Source: Candidatus Latescibacterota bacterium
Lineage (GTDB): Bacteria; Latescibacterota; UBA2968; GCA-2709665
Assembly: GCA_965203805.1 (NCBI GenBank)
Contig: OZ241917.1
Coordinates: forward strand, 1,216,001 to 1,280,000
DNA length: 64,000 nt
Reading direction: 5' to 3'
The position numbers and the translations under genes are program-made. The notes under the pieces are model-generated. The model ran no database searches, had not been told where the DNA came from, and saw only the letters and a program-made list of their open reading frames with translations. Shown here in pieces: positions 61,492 through 64,000 of this stretch (position 1 is its first letter; every line of letters begins with the position of its first letter).

Positions 61492-62043
61492 ATGATGCAA
61501 AATACACCTTCGTCGCCCCAAGGGAAATTCCAATCGCACCCGGCTCACGCGGGCGATCCACGGCTTCGACCCGGCGATCGCCTGGGGGTCGTTTCCGACT
61601 CCCACGGACTTATGAGACCGGAAGTGCTGGAACACCTCGAGGGCGTCCACGCGATCGTCCACGCGGGCGACGTAGGGAAAATCTCCGTCCTGGAGCAATT
61701 GGAACGAATCGCGCCGGTGTACGCGGTCCGCGGCAACGTGGACCTGGTTCCGCCGTGCAGCGACCTCCCCGAAAACCTCGTGCTGTCCGCCGGCAGGAGA
61801 CGAATTCTGGTAACCCACGTCCTCGAAGACGCGGACGTCGCGGGTTTCGATCTGGTGGTGTGCGGCCATTCTCACAACCCGAAAATCAGCACGGTAGGAT
61901 CGACGTGCTGCCTGAATCCGGGCAGCATCGGGCCCCGCCGTTTCAAGCTACCCGTCTCGATCGGCTACATCACTGTTTCTTCCGACGGCGCGCTGGATCC
62001 CGAACTGAGAACCGTGGAGATCGGATCGTCGTGCGCCGGATGA
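61492..62043 (+). CDS. YfcE-like metallophosphoesterase
   Basis: SDSHG, HAGD, RGNVD, GHSH, NPGS; start uncertain. Confidence 0.9.
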   Translation: MMQNTPSSPQGKFQSHPAHAGDPRLRPGDRLGVVSDSHGLMRPEVLEHLEGVHAIVHAGDVGKISVLEQLERIAPVYAVRGNVDLVPPCSDLPENLVLSAGRRRILVTHVLEDADVAGFDLVVCGHSHNPKISTVGSTCCLNPGSIGPRRFKLPVSIGYITVSSDGALDPELRTVEIGSSCAG

Positions 62044-62069
62044 GTTGATTCCATATGAGGACCCACTGA

Positions 62070-63758
62070 ATGAAAAGGAATGCCGGAAAGCCGGCCAGCA
62101 CCCATGCCGAATGGGTCATTTCACGAATGACCATGCCCCGTGAGCTGGAAGCTTCAGCCGACGATATGCGAAAAAAGGGCCGGGGCGCGGAAGTATGGGC
62201 GATGTTCATGGCGACGATTCGTGGCGACCTGGATACGATTCAAAAGCTTGTCGAGCGCAACGCCGACCTCCTCCGCTGCGTCCACTACTACACCCAGCCC
62301 ATCAAGTTCGCGGTCCGGGAAGGTCACGCCGAGGTCGTGCGTTTCCTGCTGGATAACGACGTGAGCCCCTTCTACCGGACCCGGATCTTCCATGAATCGC
62401 TGGTCGACCTGGCGGCGGACCGGGAGCACCACGAAATCGTCAGAATCCTCGAAGAAGCCATCAGCAAAAAGAGCGGGGGCTACACCCGGGAGACGGAGCC
62501 CCTCGCGAACGAACTCATCGAATCCGTCCGTACACGGGATTACGAGAAGACGGCGCGCATTGTCCGGAGTTCGCCGGAACGCGTCAGATTGAGCAACGCG
62601 AACGGGACGACGGCGCTGCACGAGGCGGTTGAAATTGGCGACTTCCACGCAACGCGGCTGCTCCTGGACAACGGCGCAGACGTTCAGGCCCAGGCCGGCA
62701 CGGGTTTCAGCGTAGGCCGGAAGCCAATCCACATGGCGCTCTATGCAGGATGGCGGGACCGGATTCTCATACGAAAGAAGGCGGCGCTGGCGGGCTATCT
62801 GGTCGGCCGGGGCGCGGACTACAATATCCTGGTGGCGGCCGCGTTCGGCGACACCCGGCGCGTCCGGGAGTTTCTGGACGCGGATCCCTCCCTTGCCAAT
62901 TTTCGCGACACGTGCGACAGGCCGCCCATATCCGTCGCGGCCGGCCGGGGCCATCACGACATCGTGGACCTTCTGCTTGAACGAGGCGCCGATCCGAACG
63001 CGCCGGAACCGGACGCGCCCCGCGGCAAAGCCCTGCTGGAGGCCGTATTTCACGGCCATACCGCCACCGCCGAACTGTTACTCCAATACGGCGCCGATCC
63101 CAACGGCAACGTGGACTCGACGGGTACGGCATTCGTTCATGCCAGAAAGCACCCGGAACTCTATGAATTGATGAAATCACACGGCGGGAGGGAGGATATC
63201 ATCCCGCCCATCCGCGGGGCGGTAAACGCCAACGACCTGGCAGTGGTGGACGAAATCCTCAAACGGAATCCTGAAGAGATTGTGAATGCGCCGCTGGGAA
63301 ATCCCGCTCGGCGCGGCAGGCTGGCAATGGTGGAGCTTCTGCTGAAACACGGCGCCGCGATTACCGACGAGAATCACGGCGGCTTCTTCCGTGTCTACGA
63401 AACCGCGAAATACTTCCTCGATAAAGGGGCAAATCCCAACTACCGGAACTGGCAGGGGATCTCGTCTCTCCACATGATCGCGCACGAGGGCGACGTTCAA
63501 AGAGCCGGCCTTCTGCTCGACTATGGCGCGGAGATCGACGAATTGGAACCGGAATACTGCGCGACGCCCCTCGGCCTGGCGTGCCGGGCGGGGCATGCGC
63601 CAATGGTCGAATTCCTCCTCGCGCGCGGCGCGGACGCCGGCCTTCCGCGCGAGCATCCCTGGGCGCGGCCCCTGGCGTGGGCGGAGAAAAGGGGACACAC
63701 GTCGATTGCAGGGACGCTGCGGCACACGGCGCCGGACAACGGGATATCTGCATCTTGA
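62070..63758 (+). CDS. Long ankyrin-repeat protein
   Basis: More than ten ankyrin-like units (GTTALHEAV, LLERGADPN, ATPLGLAC). Confidence 0.92.
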   Translation: MKRNAGKPASTHAEWVISRMTMPRELEASADDMRKKGRGAEVWAMFMATIRGDLDTIQKLVERNADLLRCVHYYTQPIKFAVREGHAEVVRFLLDNDVSPFYRTRIFHESLVDLAADREHHEIVRILEEAISKKSGGYTRETEPLANELIESVRTRDYEKTARIVRSSPERVRLSNANGTTALHEAVEIGDFHATRLLLDNGADVQAQAGTGFSVGRKPIHMALYAGWRDRILIRKKAALAGYLVGRGADYNILVAAAFGDTRRVREFLDADPSLANFRDTCDRPPISVAAGRGHHDIVDLLLERGADPNAPEPDAPRGKALLEAVFHGHTATAELLLQYGADPNGNVDSTGTAFVHARKHPELYELMKSHGGREDIIPPIRGAVNANDLAVVDEILKRNPEEIVNAPLGNPARRGRLAMVELLLKHGAAITDENHGGFFRVYETAKYFLDKGANPNYRNWQGISSLHMIAHEGDVQRAGLLLDYGAEIDELEPEYCATPLGLACRAGHAPMVEFLLARGADAGLPREHPWARPLAWAEKRGHTSIAGTLRHTAPDNGISAS

Positions 63759-63810
63759 TCCTGCAAAGAGGAACTGGGGTACGCGCCCGCCGCCGGATCG
63801 ACTTCCCCCG

Positions 63811-64000
63811 TCAACGTCGTCTACGGGAATCCCACCACCTGGCGATAGGATATGGAGCATAGACAAGGGAAAACATGGCAAGGCCGACGAGGTCGAGAAC
63901 AGCGAGGTACCACGGCCACGGGAGGAAGAAGAAGGGAGATACGGTGCCCCAGGGGGGCTCGGAGAGATACATGTAGTTCGAATCGCAGAGGTAATTGACA
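63811..64000 (-). CDS. C-terminus of a YwaF/TIGR02206-like membrane protein (partial)
   Basis: Manual translation VNYLCDSNYMYLSEPPWGTVSPFFFLPWPWYLAVLDLVGLAMFSLVYAPY...; NYMYL...P...PWPWY pattern. Confidence 0.75.
   Translation of the reverse strand, partial: VNYLCDSNYMYLSEPPWGTVSPFFFLPWPWYLAVLDLVGLAMFSLVYAPYPIARWWDSRRRR

Overview
GC-rich bacterial chromosomal window. Housekeeping genes include tadA, three tRNAs, the pfkB-hflK-hflC-peptidase-coaE operon and recG, interspersed with accessory DNA. Main items: (1) a ~13.8 kb defence island between two tRNA-Ser genes, with an intact IS (17-bp IRs, ATTATT target duplication), a Type I R-M operon carrying an unknown translationally coupled RxxxxH (HEPN-like) gene between hsdS and hsdR, an HNH fusion, Mrr and an ankyrin protein; (2) an imuA-imuB-dnaE2 mutasome with palindromic candidate operators, preceded 2.7 kb upstream by a 139-bp chimera of imuA and dnaE2 fragments; (3) a frameshift-split ABC/AAA ATPase followed by a PD-(D/E)XK-like partner, a candidate defence pair; (4) a tandemly duplicated exported M16 peptidase two-gene cassette; (5) several toxin-antitoxin loci whose toxins are broken or missing; (6) many ankyrin, Sel1, TPR and repeat lipoproteins. 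No CRISPR array, rRNA, integrase or reverse transcriptase was seen. All family calls come from motif recognition by eye; no database searches were run.
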